A stretch of DNA of 64,000 nt from Bispira polyomma (GCA_965649765.1 OZ287751.1:50034001-50098000), one strand, 5' to 3'. Positions 1 to 12,922 are shown, counted from the stretch's first letter. Notes: generated by a model from the sequence alone, not told the origin. Translations and numbers: made by a program.

Positions 1-2124
1 GATCTTGTGACACAAGATAGAACTGATATTGGTTTAATTGTAGAATTATTGACTGGTCCTTGGAGTGGTGTGCTATTATAAACATCTACATACACATGTG
101 TACATTATGTTGTTGGTGTGAAAGTTAAAAAAGCTTCACTTCTGTATTAAAATGTCAACAGACACCAGTCTATTTCTCTCTGTTCTGTACATATCTGCAT
201 GTATGTAATAATGATTGCCATCTTACATATGGTTTATTTTCTATTTTATTATTACAACCTCATAAGCCATGCTTTAAGTCTCAACTTGATCAGACGTCAA
301 AGTGTCAAACATATGTACACATTTGATAAGCATAACGCAGTCATACAATGACCTTGTATGTGAAGATTTTACTAAGCCAGAAAGAGATACTCATTGGCAG
401 TATAGCTGCTCTGGAAGAGGCGTTAGGAATATCAGGATAGATGATGTTATTCATGCATACATTGAGATACAATTATTTAGTAATAACCACATTGTGTCCT
501 TTAGCAAGACCACAATCTCTCTTGTACATTGTGAATGGTATAGGTAGCCTTGCTTAAGGCCAATGTTTGTTAGAAAGTCCCAACTAATTCAACATATTGC
601 TACATTTAATTAAACACCATGTACTCTCCATTTAGGCCAGACTCGGGAGAATCTGTTACTTGAAGGTATTATGATTAATTAAATATATACATATTTTAAC
701 TTTAGTTCCAAACAAAACAATGAAGACTTTCTGACAAAACATGAGCTTCCAACCAAAGCAATGCAAGAAGCACCATAGCAGTAAATAGATGCTACTAAAA
801 CAATTAGTAGCAAATTCTTAATGAAGTGCCAAAGTAAGTATAATTCCCACCCACATTTAAGACCAATCTATAATTTAAATGTTCAATATCTCTAAGAGGC
901 ATTCATATTTTCATATCAATATATTGTGGTTTTGAAAACAAAATGACAGACGAAATGGGTAACCCGTTGAAAGGCAATCTTTAAATATATTTTTTTAGTC
1001 AACTGTGGGTCGGTCTTCACATCTTTACTGCTGTAGCACCACCTTAAGAACTAATACAAGTTACTTGTTAACAGATGTCACAAAACCTACTTGTGAATTG
1101 TCCTCATAAAAACTTGTCAACACATTTTTTTCCATGTAACATATGTACGGCTTACTTTGCTATGTTCCTACAATTCGTTATAAACTTCTCTATAATGTTT
1201 CTTTAGAAAATAATGGTTTATCTCCCAACAGTATACAACCACCTTTCAACACAAATCCATATTTTTCTCTACCAATCTTCTGTGATGATGTTTATAATAA
1301 TTTATCTGCTATATTTGCTTTATTCCTCCATTTCTGTCAACAGTACTTCCAAAAGACTGTTCCATCTCCTACCACTATACAACCACTGCTCAAACTAAAT
1401 CCATATTTTGTCTTTACCAATCCTCTATCAGTGATGATGTTTATAATCTTATCTATCTATGTCTTACCTCCTTCTGTGCTAATTACAGCTATCAGTTTTA
1501 TCTGTGATATAGGCACATTAATACACATGCTGTATCCCACAAAAAACTACCATAGCTTGGTACCAAGGACAAGGACATTTGTCCCTGAAACGGTAATAAC
1601 AATTTGCACAACACACACAACATTGTTCCCATTGGGAGATAAACTTCAACAGAGGAGCCAAGCATTGAACATGTTCCCTAAAAATAATACATTTGTTTTG
1701 GCACTCAATGATGTCCTGGAAATAGAACTTGTTGGTGAGGGGGGGGGGGGAACAGACAAACACAAGATACCGAACTCTATTACGTTCACGCAAAGTGAAT
1801 TCGACAGAAACCAAAAAAAGCATGTGTTTTTATCCCACTCAGTCCCTTGCATACACTGATGCTATCGTACTGATATTCAGCCGGTGCAACGGGTGTAGAA
1901 AATCTATTTGCTCACAAACAAGTAATAAAGTGATTCATAAATGACAAAGTTATATACTGTTTAAGCTTGTTACATGTACACTTATATAACTGCAGAAATG
2001 AACCCAATCTGTCATGTTCAACGGCAGAGTTCTGTCGTGAAAGTTCTTCCCAACATCTGCCCCAGTGTACAATACTGCTAGCCTGTAACAGGCATAGTTT
2101 TAACTAGTTGGTTTGTTTAATTTT

Positions 2125-2345
2125 TTTTTCAATTTGGATTTAACGTCGCTGTCATCGCATTGTATATGTCACATCACGACGGAGCAGTTTCAGTACTGGA
2201 GGTAGCCAGTGTATACTAGTTAGTTAAGAATCTACACTGGAAACCAGAAACTTTTGTTAAGTAAGTGCCAACTTTCCCACTTAAAGCCCCAGCTGACATT
2301 CGAACCGGGAAGCTAGAGGTGGGAGACGAGTGTGTTAACTCTAGT
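2125..2345 (-). mobile_element. Diverged tRNA-SINE-like element
   Basis: ggatttaacgtcgct tail and ttcgaacc...gaggtgggagacgagtg head resemble family A architecture; similar fragments at ~15340-15700 and ~22995-23110. Confidence 0.55.
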
Positions 2346-3427
2346 TGGTTTGAAATAAGTATCAGTTCTAATAGGCAATAAAAGTTTAATGTATGGAAAT
2401 GGCTTACTTTGTATTACAGTGTAATGTTTTTGTTATAGAATAAAAATTCCTGCCTGTTAAAGAAAATTTCTAACCTAATTCAAAGTTAAAGTTTTGTTGA
2501 AATGGAAAAACAAATGTATACCAGTTTTGTTGAAGAACAAGCTTGGTCTACTGTGGATCACTTCAAATTCGCCTGGCATTTATGTTAATTTTAATTAAAT
2601 GTCATTTGGTATGTAAACTATCTGTTGCAAGCATTATCCTACTGACAGTTAATTGTAACATTATTATGGTATGTCATTAAATGATTCCTGTTAATTCCCT
2701 AAAATAGATGTCTACAGGAGGGTACATAGTCAATGCATGGAATTTTAAGGATAGACATTTCATGTTTGTGTTTAATATGTAAAACAGAAAATTTGTATTG
2801 GTAGAAAATAGAAATATTGTTAGTATAATTAATCAAGATCAATATACACGGATTGGCGTATTAAAATGTATATATTGCTGTAAGGTACCATAATTTTTGT
2901 CAGTTACTATTGGCTTGCTTACGTCCTCGATATACGGCCGACTATATACATATATTTTAATATCTATTAATCCTGCAGGAAGGCTATTAGTGGAATGTGT
3001 ATTCAGAAGTGATGTCCCAAAAACTGAAGAAACAACCAAAAATATTTTTGTTGTTGTTAAATTTGGTGTTTGTCTAATTTTATAACATAATGTTCATATA
3101 TAAAGTAATTTATCTGTTATTTAAACCATTGAAACAACAGCTATGTTTACTAAAGACATAATGGAGCAATAAAACATGGCCAGGGTGTACACACAAAACC
3201 ATTATACAAGCTTTTGTTGTGACATATGATAACTACATTTGATTGAAGGGGAATTTGAGCGTCAACTGGTTTATTGTAAGGTAGACGATGTTAAAATGTC
3301 TACAATGTAATATTATAACCAACAAAAGCTCACTGATGTGATGACTATAGATACAGACAACAGACAGTTGGAGAAGAATGAGTGGGATCATTGCATTCAG
3401 TTTTATTTTTGTTGTTTTTTTCTTTCT

Positions 3428-3828
3428 ACGAAGCCCCTTTTAGGACATACACAGATTGTTTTTCTTTATACCCTTTATCCCGACCAGTTATTGACCTCGA
3501 GATAATTAAGTCATTGTACTGTGATAATTAAGTGGTTATAACAATATCATATAATTAAATATGAGATTATCCTGGATAACAAGATCATTAAAATGCCTTA
3601 TTTTGTTCGTTATAATGACTTAATCATGTAATTATAATGATTTAATCTTGCTATAACAAGATCACCTTGTTGTAAAAAATGATTAAGCTCCTATAATGAT
3701 AAAATTAAGTCTTTATAACGAGATGATCTTCTTATAACAAGAGATATTAAATTGTAACAACAAACTTGTCTTGATATTATAACAAAATAATGGGTGTTAA
3801 AATCTCTATGTCCTGAAAGGGGCTCTAT
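3428..3828. mobile_element. Non-autonomous TIR DNA transposon (MITE)
   Basis: TIRs agccccttttaggacata / tatgtcctgaaaggggct with internal ttataacgagat-type subrepeats in both orientations. Confidence 0.75.
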
Positions 3829-4757
3829 CTTTTTCTTATATTCCTGATCAACTTTTTAACATAACATTTAGTAAGGTGTCTTGGATGTAGTGCAAGGGCT
3901 TTTTTAAAAAATTGTATTTGTTTAGACTGCCTGATGTTTAACCCAGCATAATTCTATTTTTATCTTTAAAAGCATTACCAAGCATAAGCATGTGTATTAT
4001 AAATAACTTTTAAAATGTCTGTGTACTGACAGTTAATGGTGGTAACTAGCTATGTCGATGTAGCCAAGAATAAATACCATACATTTTGATTGCTTGAAAA
4101 AAATAGTAGTACTTTATTATTAACATATTGACTGTGTTTATATGAACATCTGCAGACCTCTGCTGTAAGAGTTTGTTTCGTATCTGTGTTTACCTAAATG
4201 GTTCCAATGTTACAGGGATATTCTTTAAAATAAAAAGAGTCAAGGACTGAAGTTTTGCATAAACTTAGAATGTCTACCTACTTTCTATGCAAATTCCTGT
4301 TAGGGAAAATATCAAATCAATTGTTCTGCTGTAAAATAATGCTGTAAATTAATTGTTCAATCATATCTAATCTTATTAAGACAGATACATGGGGAGGACC
4401 ACTTATTACCATCTACATGGTGCTATAACCTGTAAGGGTTTATGGGCTGCTACAGGTAATAGTGTCCAGTGACAGGAGACTACCACAGGAAGTATTCATC
4501 TAAACCTTGATCTATCTGCTTGGACATAATTAGACACAACCAAGGTCATCTGTTTTCCAGAGCGACTGTTAATGCATTGTTGTATTTTATTACAATAAAC
4601 TTAATAAATTCAACTTCATTGACAGTAAGGTGGAAGGAACAGTTTTACAACACAGAATTGGTAGTTATTAGTGGACAATGGTGTGTGCTCACATTTAGAC
4701 CTAGTATACTCCAGTGACTATTATGGCATAACCTGGAGTCAAACCAAAAACTGGCAG

Positions 4758-4910
4758 CTTTTATAACTGACAAAATAACCTCATCTAACAATGATTTTAT
4801 AACTGACAAAATAACCTTATGTGATACTGTTTTATAAGTGACAAAATCACCTGATGTAATAATGATTTTATAAGTGACAAAATAACCTCATGTAACAATG
4901 CTTTTATAAT
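4758..4910. repeat. 36-bp minisatellite, ~4 copies
   Basis: ttttataactgacaaaataacctcatctaacaatga. Confidence 0.85.
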
Positions 4911-5407
4911 TGAGTCAACTGAAATGGTTTAGAACAGAACCTAATTTTTCCATTTTGTCACAAAAGTAAAGAGACTCATCTTGGCATAATCTTAATATTA
5001 TTATTTGTTTTCTTAAAAAGATCAAAGTTTCTTTGCATCAATGACTTTAAGTATGAATGTATTTTTTAATGTTCTGCGATACTTTAATGGCTAATGTTAG
5101 CTCTTGAAATGCATGAAGGGTTACAGAAGTGTGTTGTCTTCTATCTAGTGCAGATACTTGGCAAAAACCTTTCCAGTCTATCTCTATCTAGACACTGGCT
5201 GCCTTTTGGTTGTTCTTTTGCCTAGCCTTACCAAGTCTGATCTTAATATATCGACTCCATAATATCTAAATACTGATAGTTTTCCCTATGTAATACAGTG
5301 CAGAATGATATGCATTGTGATAGTTTTTGGCAAATATCCCTGTTTTAAAATTGAGTACAGACTGAAAGTCTCGAGAGTAATAAGGCGTTATTAATGTTTC
5401 TAAATAC

Positions 5408-5631
5408 AGGGGCCGTATTCACAAAAGGTCTTAGTCTTAACATAGACTTAAGTTTGCATATCACTTGTGTGTCTAAATTATTAAAGACTGCAAAGGCAAC
5501 ACTAAACAAAGATCTTTGTTTTAATGTCACTAGGACTAAGGTCAAGGTATTAACATTGTTAGTCAAAATCAAATACGGAAATGTTAAGCTTAACACTAAG
5601 TTATAAGACTAATATATTTTGTGAGTCCCTG
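5408..5631. mobile_element. Degenerate PIF/Harbinger-like MITE
   Basis: Left end ggccgtattcacaaaaggtcttag matches the 40934 element; eroded right end. Confidence 0.65.
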
Positions 5632-6049
5632 GATCTGAACATCCAAGAGTAAATTACAATAGTCAAAGCAGCCATAGAACTAATTAACTTATCCCAAATA
5701 GCTAAAGTTATTTTTTTTTCTAGACCGAAATACCAATGTTTTATTGTTACAATAAGAACACAACTAACAAAGGGAATGGGAAATTGTCTGTTAGCAACTA
5801 TGCTGAGGTTTATTATTCGGGAGTGACAGCTTGGTATTACAATGGTACATAGTGATTCTGCACAAGGGCATTACTTTACTATATGGGAGACTCAGGTACA
5901 AGTTACCTGGTACAAATCTGCAGAATTGACCTCACAATGATTTTCACCAACCAATATCAACTTGACACAACGAGCGGCTATAACTCATTATATTTTGGAC
6001 TTGGAAAGTTCTGAATTAGTACATTATGTGGCTTTAAAAACCAACACCT

Positions 6050-6420
6050 GCTAATGAAGAATGTAGGAATAACAAGACATTCAACTATTGCATTGATCCC
6101 CCGTCATGAATATGTGTTGAAACTCTTTGCCTGTGGGATGTTGAGGAGGTTTGAGGAGTTGTGTGAACGTTTAGAGGTACAAATGTTTGAAAGAATGGTG
6201 ATATATTTGTTTTCCTCAGTGCTATTGTCAAATAGGATTTTCCCACCTATTTCCATCATAATTCCCAGCTTTGTAGCAGTGTTTTACTGTTACTTTAGGA
6301 CAGGGTCTGTGCTGGTAAGAGGTTAGAGTCTATTTCCAGTCCAAAGAACAAGGTCAACGGATTGGGACATAGTGACAAATGCTTCATTGACCAGCTGATA
6401 AAGGAGTCGACAAAAACAAA
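6050..6420 (-). mobile_element. Possible old CR1-type LINE 3' remnant
   Basis: Minus-strand translation RSHNSSNLLNIPQAKSFNTY resembles CR1 C-terminal TRSH..L.IP motifs; heavily degraded. Confidence 0.4.
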
Positions 6421-7628
6421 TAGAAAACAAGTTGGTCGTAAAAGGGGGTTGTCAAATCTATTGATCTGCTGAAATTTGTGTGAACCCATTTTTTTTTTAA
6501 ATTGATCAAAATAAAACAAATGGTATCACAAGAATATACCCCCATATAAGCCCGAAATGTAATAGTTAAACTGAATTGTATTATTTGTCAGTACTGCTGC
6601 TCATTTTGCTTCTTTAGCCATTAAGTTTAAAACATTTATAAAGGCAAAGCTTTACTTCAATATTAAAGATACAAACAGGAATCTACTAAGATTTATGTTA
6701 AAATTAGCTAGAGTCAGTTATTGTTGTATCATTGTATATCATGTCATAGTGAAACAACAGAAACTTGAGCTGGCCCTAAGATCAGTATTAAAATAAACTA
6801 CAGCTAGTTATTGTGAGCAGGGGCTCAGACCAACAGGGCCCAGTCATAGCACCATGTGCTTTAACAACTCATGTCAATGGAAGGATAAACCTGATTTTAT
6901 AATTGAAATTTTTATTATTAATTCCATAATATAATTTTTGTTTTCCTGACTCAGTATGCTTCTAAAGTACGTATCACATCCATTGGTAAAATAGATCTCA
7001 ACCCAAGGATTATCCAAAGTTACTGATGCTCTATCAAAAAGACCTCACAAATTCATAATCTGTAGCTTTAATGAATTTAGTCACTATTTTGAAAAAAAAC
7101 AAAAATGTGACATAATAATATATAAAAATAAGTCAAAACAACCAAAGTCATTTTATAAAGTCCTCAAACTAATTAAATGCTGTCCATCATAATCATCTGA
7201 TCTTGTCCCCAACCTTTCGGACTAAGGAGTGTATCCCCCATTGTATTACATGCATTTACATTTCTCACTAAAGGAGAGCTTTCCTTTCTGTTTAAAAAAA
7301 AACCCACCTGGAATCTCCCATTTTGAAGAAACTACCACTCAGTTTCAAATCTCAACTTCATGTAAAAGGTTATTGATAAAGTGTTCACTCTTTGAACCTT
7401 TGGGTCTTCCATATGGTGTTCCCCAGGACTTATTTTTATATTACACCTGTACACCTTGCCCCTTGAACACTTAGTTTAAGGTTATTCATCAGATTTACGC
7501 ATATTCTTTTGCTGCTGTTGTTGCTTTTGAGTGTAGCGGTTTGGACTACTGTAACATTGTTCTGTATTGGTTCGCACAGATAATATAGATAAAGTTCCAA
7601 AATTTAGGCACTTGTGGAACAAACCTGA

Positions 7629-7727
7629 ACTCTCGCATTGTTTTCATGTATTTCAGTTTTCAATGGATAATGTCACTCTCGCATTGTTTTGATGTATTTC
7701 AGTTCTCAATGGATGTCACTCTCGCAT
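7629..7727. repeat. 46-bp minisatellite, left part (interrupted by the LINE)
   Basis: Unit tcactctcgcattgttttgatgtatttcagttctcaatggatgatg, about 2 copies. Confidence 0.9.
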
Positions 7728-10700
7728 TCTAATCTAATCTAATCTAGTCGTACTTTTATAGCGCTTAATCTTTGTACAACAAATTCTAAGGCGCAACAAA
7801 CCCAAAACGTTAATCGCAAATCAAAAATAGTGGGCGGATGGAAGTCGTAACCAGGGAGACTACCGTAGATGGTTGCGACGGCTAAGGTGGAAAAGCCTGT
7901 TCAAAAAGATAGGCCTTCAGCTTACTCCTGAAAGAGGAGAAAGTTTGAGTCAAGCGAACATGATCAGGTAGGCTGTTCCAAATGAGGGGGCCATCATGAG
8001 CTAGGCAATGATTGAACTGAACTTTGGATTTGTGGATGCGAGGGTCGAAAGTGGGAATGTTAAGGTATAATTTATCAGGGTTACTGAGTCTAGTCCTGAC
8101 TGAGCATGTATATTTAGATGGGGGCTAAAATAAGTGGGTAATCCAGAATTTAGAAATTTATATATTATTGCTGCTGTTATGAAAGCAACACGATATTTTA
8201 TTGGGAGCCAGTGCAGTGACTTGAGTACAGGAGTAATGTGGAAAAATTTAGATGTTTTGGTCACAATACGTGCCAATGAGTGTTGGATATTCTGAAGGCG
8301 TCTGAGATCACTACGAGATAAGGAACGGAACAGAGAGTTGCAGTAATCAAGCCTGCTGCTGACCAAAGCATTGGCATCAGTGATTGCAGTGGATTTTGAA
8401 AGATAGCATCGAATCCGCCTGAAATCACGAAGGCCAACAAAACATGATCTACACACCGATGCGACATGGTTCGAGAAGGAAAATTCAGAGTCGAACACCA
8501 CACCCAGGTTTTGTACTTTGTCAGCTGGAAAAAACCTGCTGCCAAGAATGTCAAGTGGAAAACAGCTGGACAATTTTTCCCGTTGCGACTTGGAGCCAAA
8601 CAAAATAAACTCAGTCTTCTCAGGGTTCAGCTTGAGTTTATTTGCTGCCATCCAGTGTTGTACATCAACAAGGCAGTTCTGTAAGGAAGTGAAAGCTACC
8701 TGGGCAGAGTCAGGTGTAAGGTGGATGTACAGCTGGGTATCATCAGCATAGAAGTGAAAGTTTATGTTTGTGTATGCAGCAATAATCTTGCTGAGTGGAG
8801 TGGTGTACATGGAAAACAAAATGGGACCCAGGACGGAACCTTGGGGAACACCAAATTTTAACCATGTTGGGTCGGATAAGATATTGCCAATTTTGACTGA
8901 TTGGAATCTATCAGATAAATATGCCGTGAACCACTTAAGCGCCATGCCGCTGATACCGAACCAGGACGATAGGCACTCAAGAAGAACTTTGTGATCAATA
9001 GTATCAAAGGCTGCTGACAGATCCAGCAGTACTAAGGCAGTAGGCATACCTTTGGATAAAGATGTATGAACATCATTTTTGATGCAGAGAAGTGCAGTCT
9101 CAGTAGAATGACCACTTTTGTACGCTGACTGATACTTATTGGACAGATTGCTGACGTCAACATGTTGTTTGATCTGTAAGGCAACCGTGCGTTCTACCAA
9201 CTTAGAGATATAGCAAAGGCCTGAGACAGGACGGTAATTTTTCAAGTCAGCCTTTGGAAGAGAAGGTTTTTTTATTAAAGGAGTGACAATAGCCTTTTTA
9301 AAATCATCTGGAAAGACGCCATTTATCAACGAGAGGTTGATAAGTTTTGTGATTGAGGGCAATAAAATGTCAATACATTCTTTGACAAGGAATGTGGGCC
9401 ACGGATCTAGCAAGCAAGATTTTACGGGTGATGCCAGTATAATTTTCCTGACTTCATCAACAGTTACTGTGGAGAAACAGTTGAAGACGGTTGGTGGAGC
9501 TGTTGGTAAAGGGGCATTTGGGGCAGCTAATGTAAAACCGTCACAGATTCTGGTAATTTTATCAGTGAAAAAAGTACTAAAAATGTTTGCCAGTGATTTG
9601 CTATTGGAATTTTCGGGTAGTATAGTCTGTTTTTTACGGTGGAGGGTGTTATTTAGTTTTTGCCAAAGTTTCTTCGGGTCACCCTCGCTTTGTGATATCA
9701 TGTTAGCATAGTAGGCACGTTTTGAGTCATTTATAGTGTTGTTGCACCGGGTGAATTGGCGTAGTCTAAATCTATTTGTAGCTGTTTTGTTTCGGCGCCA
9801 TGTTCGTTCGGCTTGCCTGCGCAGCATCTTCATTTCACGATAATAACTGGTGATCCACTCAGGTGCTGGCTTCTTCAATGTCTTTGATTTACATGGCGCA
9901 TGGCGTTCTATAAGAGACTGCAGGTCAGTGCAGTACTGTGTGTATAGGTCAGTGGCATTATCAGCAGGAGACTTGACGAAGGCCGTATCTGCCAACTCTC
10001 GTCTAAGGTCAGACATATTGATTTTTTGAAATTGCCGAAAAGTGATTTGTGTGACATCAAAAGATGGTGGGGAGGGAGCATCAATTTCACAGGATATCGA
10101 AAAATGATCACTGATGCAACCAATGTTTTTTATGTTTTTGATACCATTGAAATCAGTATGAGTTAGCAAGCAGTCTAGTGTATGCCCATGAATATGGGTA
10201 GGGAAGTTTATGTGTTGGGTAAGATTGCAAGATTCCAAAACTGTGGAAAACCGATTACTATTTCCAAATGCGGTGTCTATGTGAATATTGAAATCCCCAC
10301 AGAATACAGTAGGAGAGGGTAACGAGCAAGTAAACCCAACAAAAGACATGAATTCTTCGAAAAATGTAGTGAGATTTGAGCCAGGAGGCCGATAAACTGT
10401 TGCAAAATTTAAACACTGGTTTTTCCAGTGAGCAGAGACAAGGATGAGTTCGAAAGATTTAAAACTTGGTGTAGCAACTAATTGACATTCATAGTTTTTC
10501 TTAATAAAAAATCCCACCTCCCCACCCTGTTTACCTACACGAGGGGTATGGAATAGCTGAAAGTCAGCTAGGGTAAGTTCAGAGAGGAATGATGGAGTAT
10601 CAGGACTCCTAATGTGTGTTTCTGTGATGCCGAAAATATCTATGGAGGATGAGTCGATCAAATCGGCTATGACAGGGCCTTTATTCCGCAACGAGCGGGC

Positions 10701-11375
10701 ATTTCCAAATCCGAACTGAATTGGGCCAGGGTTACTCGCAATATCACCTGCAGTAGGATAGTAATGAGTTTGAATGTTTTAGCCTTTGGTAGGTAATTGA
10801 CTGGGCAGAATTTAGATCGAAAATAACAGTGTGTATGAAGGGACCAGAAGTGTGGAACAGGATTACAAGACAAATTAATGTCTTCCAGGTGGTATTGCAT
10901 TGACAATGTATCAGATAGTTTTAAGTCGTTGCGGTAACAGAACGTAAGGAATGACAGGTACAAGATGGCAGCCCTAATGGCAAACATATTGTAAGGGGAG
11001 GAGTGGGGAAAAAAAAATTGAACAAAGGTAAAAGTGTAAAAAGAAAAAGCAATTCGGAGAAAAACAAGGAATAAAATATTGCGTGAGGATACAAAAGGGC
11101 CAAGCGCTAAAAGTAAACGTGATGGTACAAAAAAAGGGGTACCAAGCACAAAAACAGAAAACAAGATATAGTGGTGATGGTCGATAATAGGGGATAGTTT
11201 TCAGTATAACCCCAAATTCAAAAAAAATAAAAAATGTTGTACAAAGAATAGAAAAACAGTTTATATACTAACATGTGAGGATGATTTTTGAGTAAAACAA
11301 GCCAAAACGTGGGTATAAAAAGACTAGATTAATTTAATTTTGACAATTACGAGCCGCCGCCGCCAAACCGGAAGT
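7728..11375 (-). mobile_element. Near full-length L2/CR1-group non-LTR retrotransposon (LINE), ~3.65 kb
   Basis: APE endonuclease + RT ORF, L2-type C-terminus (WNSLP...FRSKLKAYLF in a shifted frame), 3' (TAGAT)n tail at 7728-7746, ~390-nt 5' UTR; flanked on both sides by the same minisatellite. Confidence 0.95.
8001..10691 (-). CDS. LINE ORF2-type polyprotein (APE endonuclease + reverse transcriptase), frameshifted near both ends; native frame probably ran 10987 to 7882
   Basis: 896-aa ORF with ITET, YRPP, GDFN, TLD and SDH endonuclease motifs and LDLSAAFDTIDH, GVPQGSVLGP and YADD RT motifs. Confidence 0.93.
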   Translation of the reverse strand: MRNKGPVIADLIDSSSIDIFGITETHIRSPDTPSFLSELTLADFQLFHTPRVGKQGGEVGFFIKKNYECQLVATPSFKSFELILVSAHWKNQCLNFATVYRPPGSNLTTFFEEFMSFVGFTCSLPSPTVFCGDFNIHIDTAFGNSNRFSTVLESCNLTQHINFPTHIHGHTLDCLLTHTDFNGIKNIKNIGCISDHFSISCEIDAPSPPSFDVTQITFRQFQKINMSDLRRELADTAFVKSPADNATDLYTQYCTDLQSLIERHAPCKSKTLKKPAPEWITSYYREMKMLRRQAERTWRRNKTATNRFRLRQFTRCNNTINDSKRAYYANMISQSEGDPKKLWQKLNNTLHRKKQTILPENSNSKSLANIFSTFFTDKITRICDGFTLAAPNAPLPTAPPTVFNCFSTVTVDEVRKIILASPVKSCLLDPWPTFLVKECIDILLPSITKLINLSLINGVFPDDFKKAIVTPLIKKPSLPKADLKNYRPVSGLCYISKLVERTVALQIKQHVDVSNLSNKYQSAYKSGHSTETALLCIKNDVHTSLSKGMPTALVLLDLSAAFDTIDHKVLLECLSSWFGISGMALKWFTAYLSDRFQSVKIGNILSDPTWLKFGVPQGSVLGPILFSMYTTPLSKIIAAYTNINFHFYADDTQLYIHLTPDSAQVAFTSLQNCLVDVQHWMAANKLKLNPEKTEFILFGSKSQREKLSSCFPLDILGSRFFPADKVQNLGVVFDSEFSFSNHVASVCRSCFVGLRDFRRIRCYLSKSTAITDANALVSSRLDYCNSLFRSLSRSDLRRLQNIQHSLARIVTKTSKFFHITPVLKSLHWLPIKYRVAFITAAIIYKFLNSGLPTYFSPHLNIHAQSGLDSVTLINYTLTFPLSTLASTNPKFSSIIA

Positions 11376-11690
11376 CAATATCACATTATTTTGATGTATT
11401 TTAGTTCTCAATGGATGATGTCACTCTCGCATTGTTTTGATGTATTTTAGTTCCCAATGGATGATGTCACTCTCGCATTGTTTTGATGTATTTCAGTTCT
11501 CAATGGATGATGTCACTCTCGCATTGTTTTGATGTATTTTAGTTCCCAATGGATGATGTCACTCTCGCATTGTTTTGATGTATTTTAGTTCCCAATGGAT
11601 GATGTCACTCTCGCATTGTTTTGATTTATTTCAGTTCTTAATGGATGATGTCACTCTCGCATTGTTTTGATGTAGTTCAGTTTTTAATAG
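11376..11690. repeat. 46-bp minisatellite, right part
   Basis: About 7 copies of the same unit, period 46 (11421, 11467, 11513...). Confidence 0.92.
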
Positions 11691-12000
11691 ATTTATTTTT
11701 AAATTAAATCTGTTGCTAAAATCTAGGAGTTAACTCAGACTGCTACCATTTTTTACTAACCATATTTTAAATGCCTGCATAGCCTGTTACTGCGGTTGTT
11801 GTTGTTGTAAATGCTTTTGCAAGTTGCAGTTTGAACTACTGTAACACTGTGATGTACTTGTTAGATGAATAATCTAGATAAAGTTCCTAAATTCTCCTTT
11901 TATGTTGTCCATCAGGTAGGTAGTGGTTACGTCCGTTGATACCTTAAAAGTTTACACCGGTTGTGAAATGTAACTTTTCATGTTGTCAAGGGGGTTTAGC

Positions 12001-12259
12001 GGGGCCGTGGTGGCCTAGTGGTTAGCAAGCATTGCGCTTCACAATCACTGGTCTCTTACCTCTGGGATCGGCTGGCCTGTGTTCGACTTCCATCGATGCC
12101 TATGTGGGAAAGGTGGTAGTTCCTTACTGTGGGCCGCTGGTTTCAGTGCAGAGCCTTGATCAACTGTATGCAGTGTTTCCTCCAGCATTTCCAACTACCC
12201 GTCCCAATAAAACCTAAACAGGTACTAGAGTGGACGCTAAATATCCCCATTCAAATTCA
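12001..12259 (+). mobile_element. tRNA-derived SINE (family A), full length
   Basis: A box TGGCCTAGTGG, B box GTTCGACTTCC, (TTCAAA)n tail, 13-nt TSD aagggggtttagc; near-identical copies elsewhere in the window. Confidence 0.92.
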
Positions 12260-12922
12260 AAGGGGGTTTAGCATCTGGCTTGATCCCCTACCATAGCTTC
12301 TCTTGTTAGATCTAGCAATCTCATTCGAGGTAACAGGGTTTTAGTGTTTCCTTCTACTAAAATGGGTAAAAGCCAAATTTTACTGTTTTCAATCCCATGA
12401 AAGCGAACAGGTTAGCAATTAATGTTAGATCTCAACGAAGTTTCAAAAACAACATTAAACTTCCATTTTTAGCTGAGCCTACCCACTTCAAAAACATCTT
12501 TTCTAGCAGATGTTTTTCTGGTAACAACAGCTGTTTAGGACATATATATCCTTCTACAACTAAAATCTGTGTCAATTCAACGTAAATGCATAACGAGACA
12601 ATACATCGGCACCCCCAAATATCTATAGGTTAGCTGTGTCGTTAATGAGTTGAACACCTTCACTCTCATAATGGAAATAATATATTGTGGCAAATCAAAC
12701 TGTAGCTGAAGACAATATTTTCTATAAACAACTAATTTCCATTGTTTTTGACTTACATGCTAATTATTAATTTAAGTACATATTAAATGCTCAGTACTCA
12801 CACTTTGATCTCTTAAGTTTTACCATATTACAGTACAAGAAAAATACATTCGGTGAATGATTGTCACACAAAAATACCCAAAAATACCCAAGAGTTAAAA
12901 GCTAATAACTCAAAATGCTGTT

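Noticed and set aside
636-833. Plus-strand exon-like blocks (ttag|...gaag|gt at ~636-665 and ttag|...aaa|gtaagt at ~706-833)
   Set aside because: The second block has stops in all frames; it may be UTR or lncRNA but cannot be supported.
1143-1859. 238-aa ORF
   Set aside because: Composed of a ~144-bp local duplication plus repeat-like, poly-G-containing sequence; no domain and no coding-like composition.
1980-2082. Minus-strand exon-like segment (LAVLYTGADVGKNFHDRTLPLNMTDWVHFC)
   Set aside because: Plausible acceptor but no clear donor, partner exons or recognisable family.
8261-10123. Overlapping and antisense ORFs within the LINE
   Set aside because: Shadow frames of the RT ORF.
12001-12095. 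tRNA gene
   Set aside because: The A/B boxes belong to a SINE head; no cloverleaf, and it is followed by a SINE body, tail and TSD.
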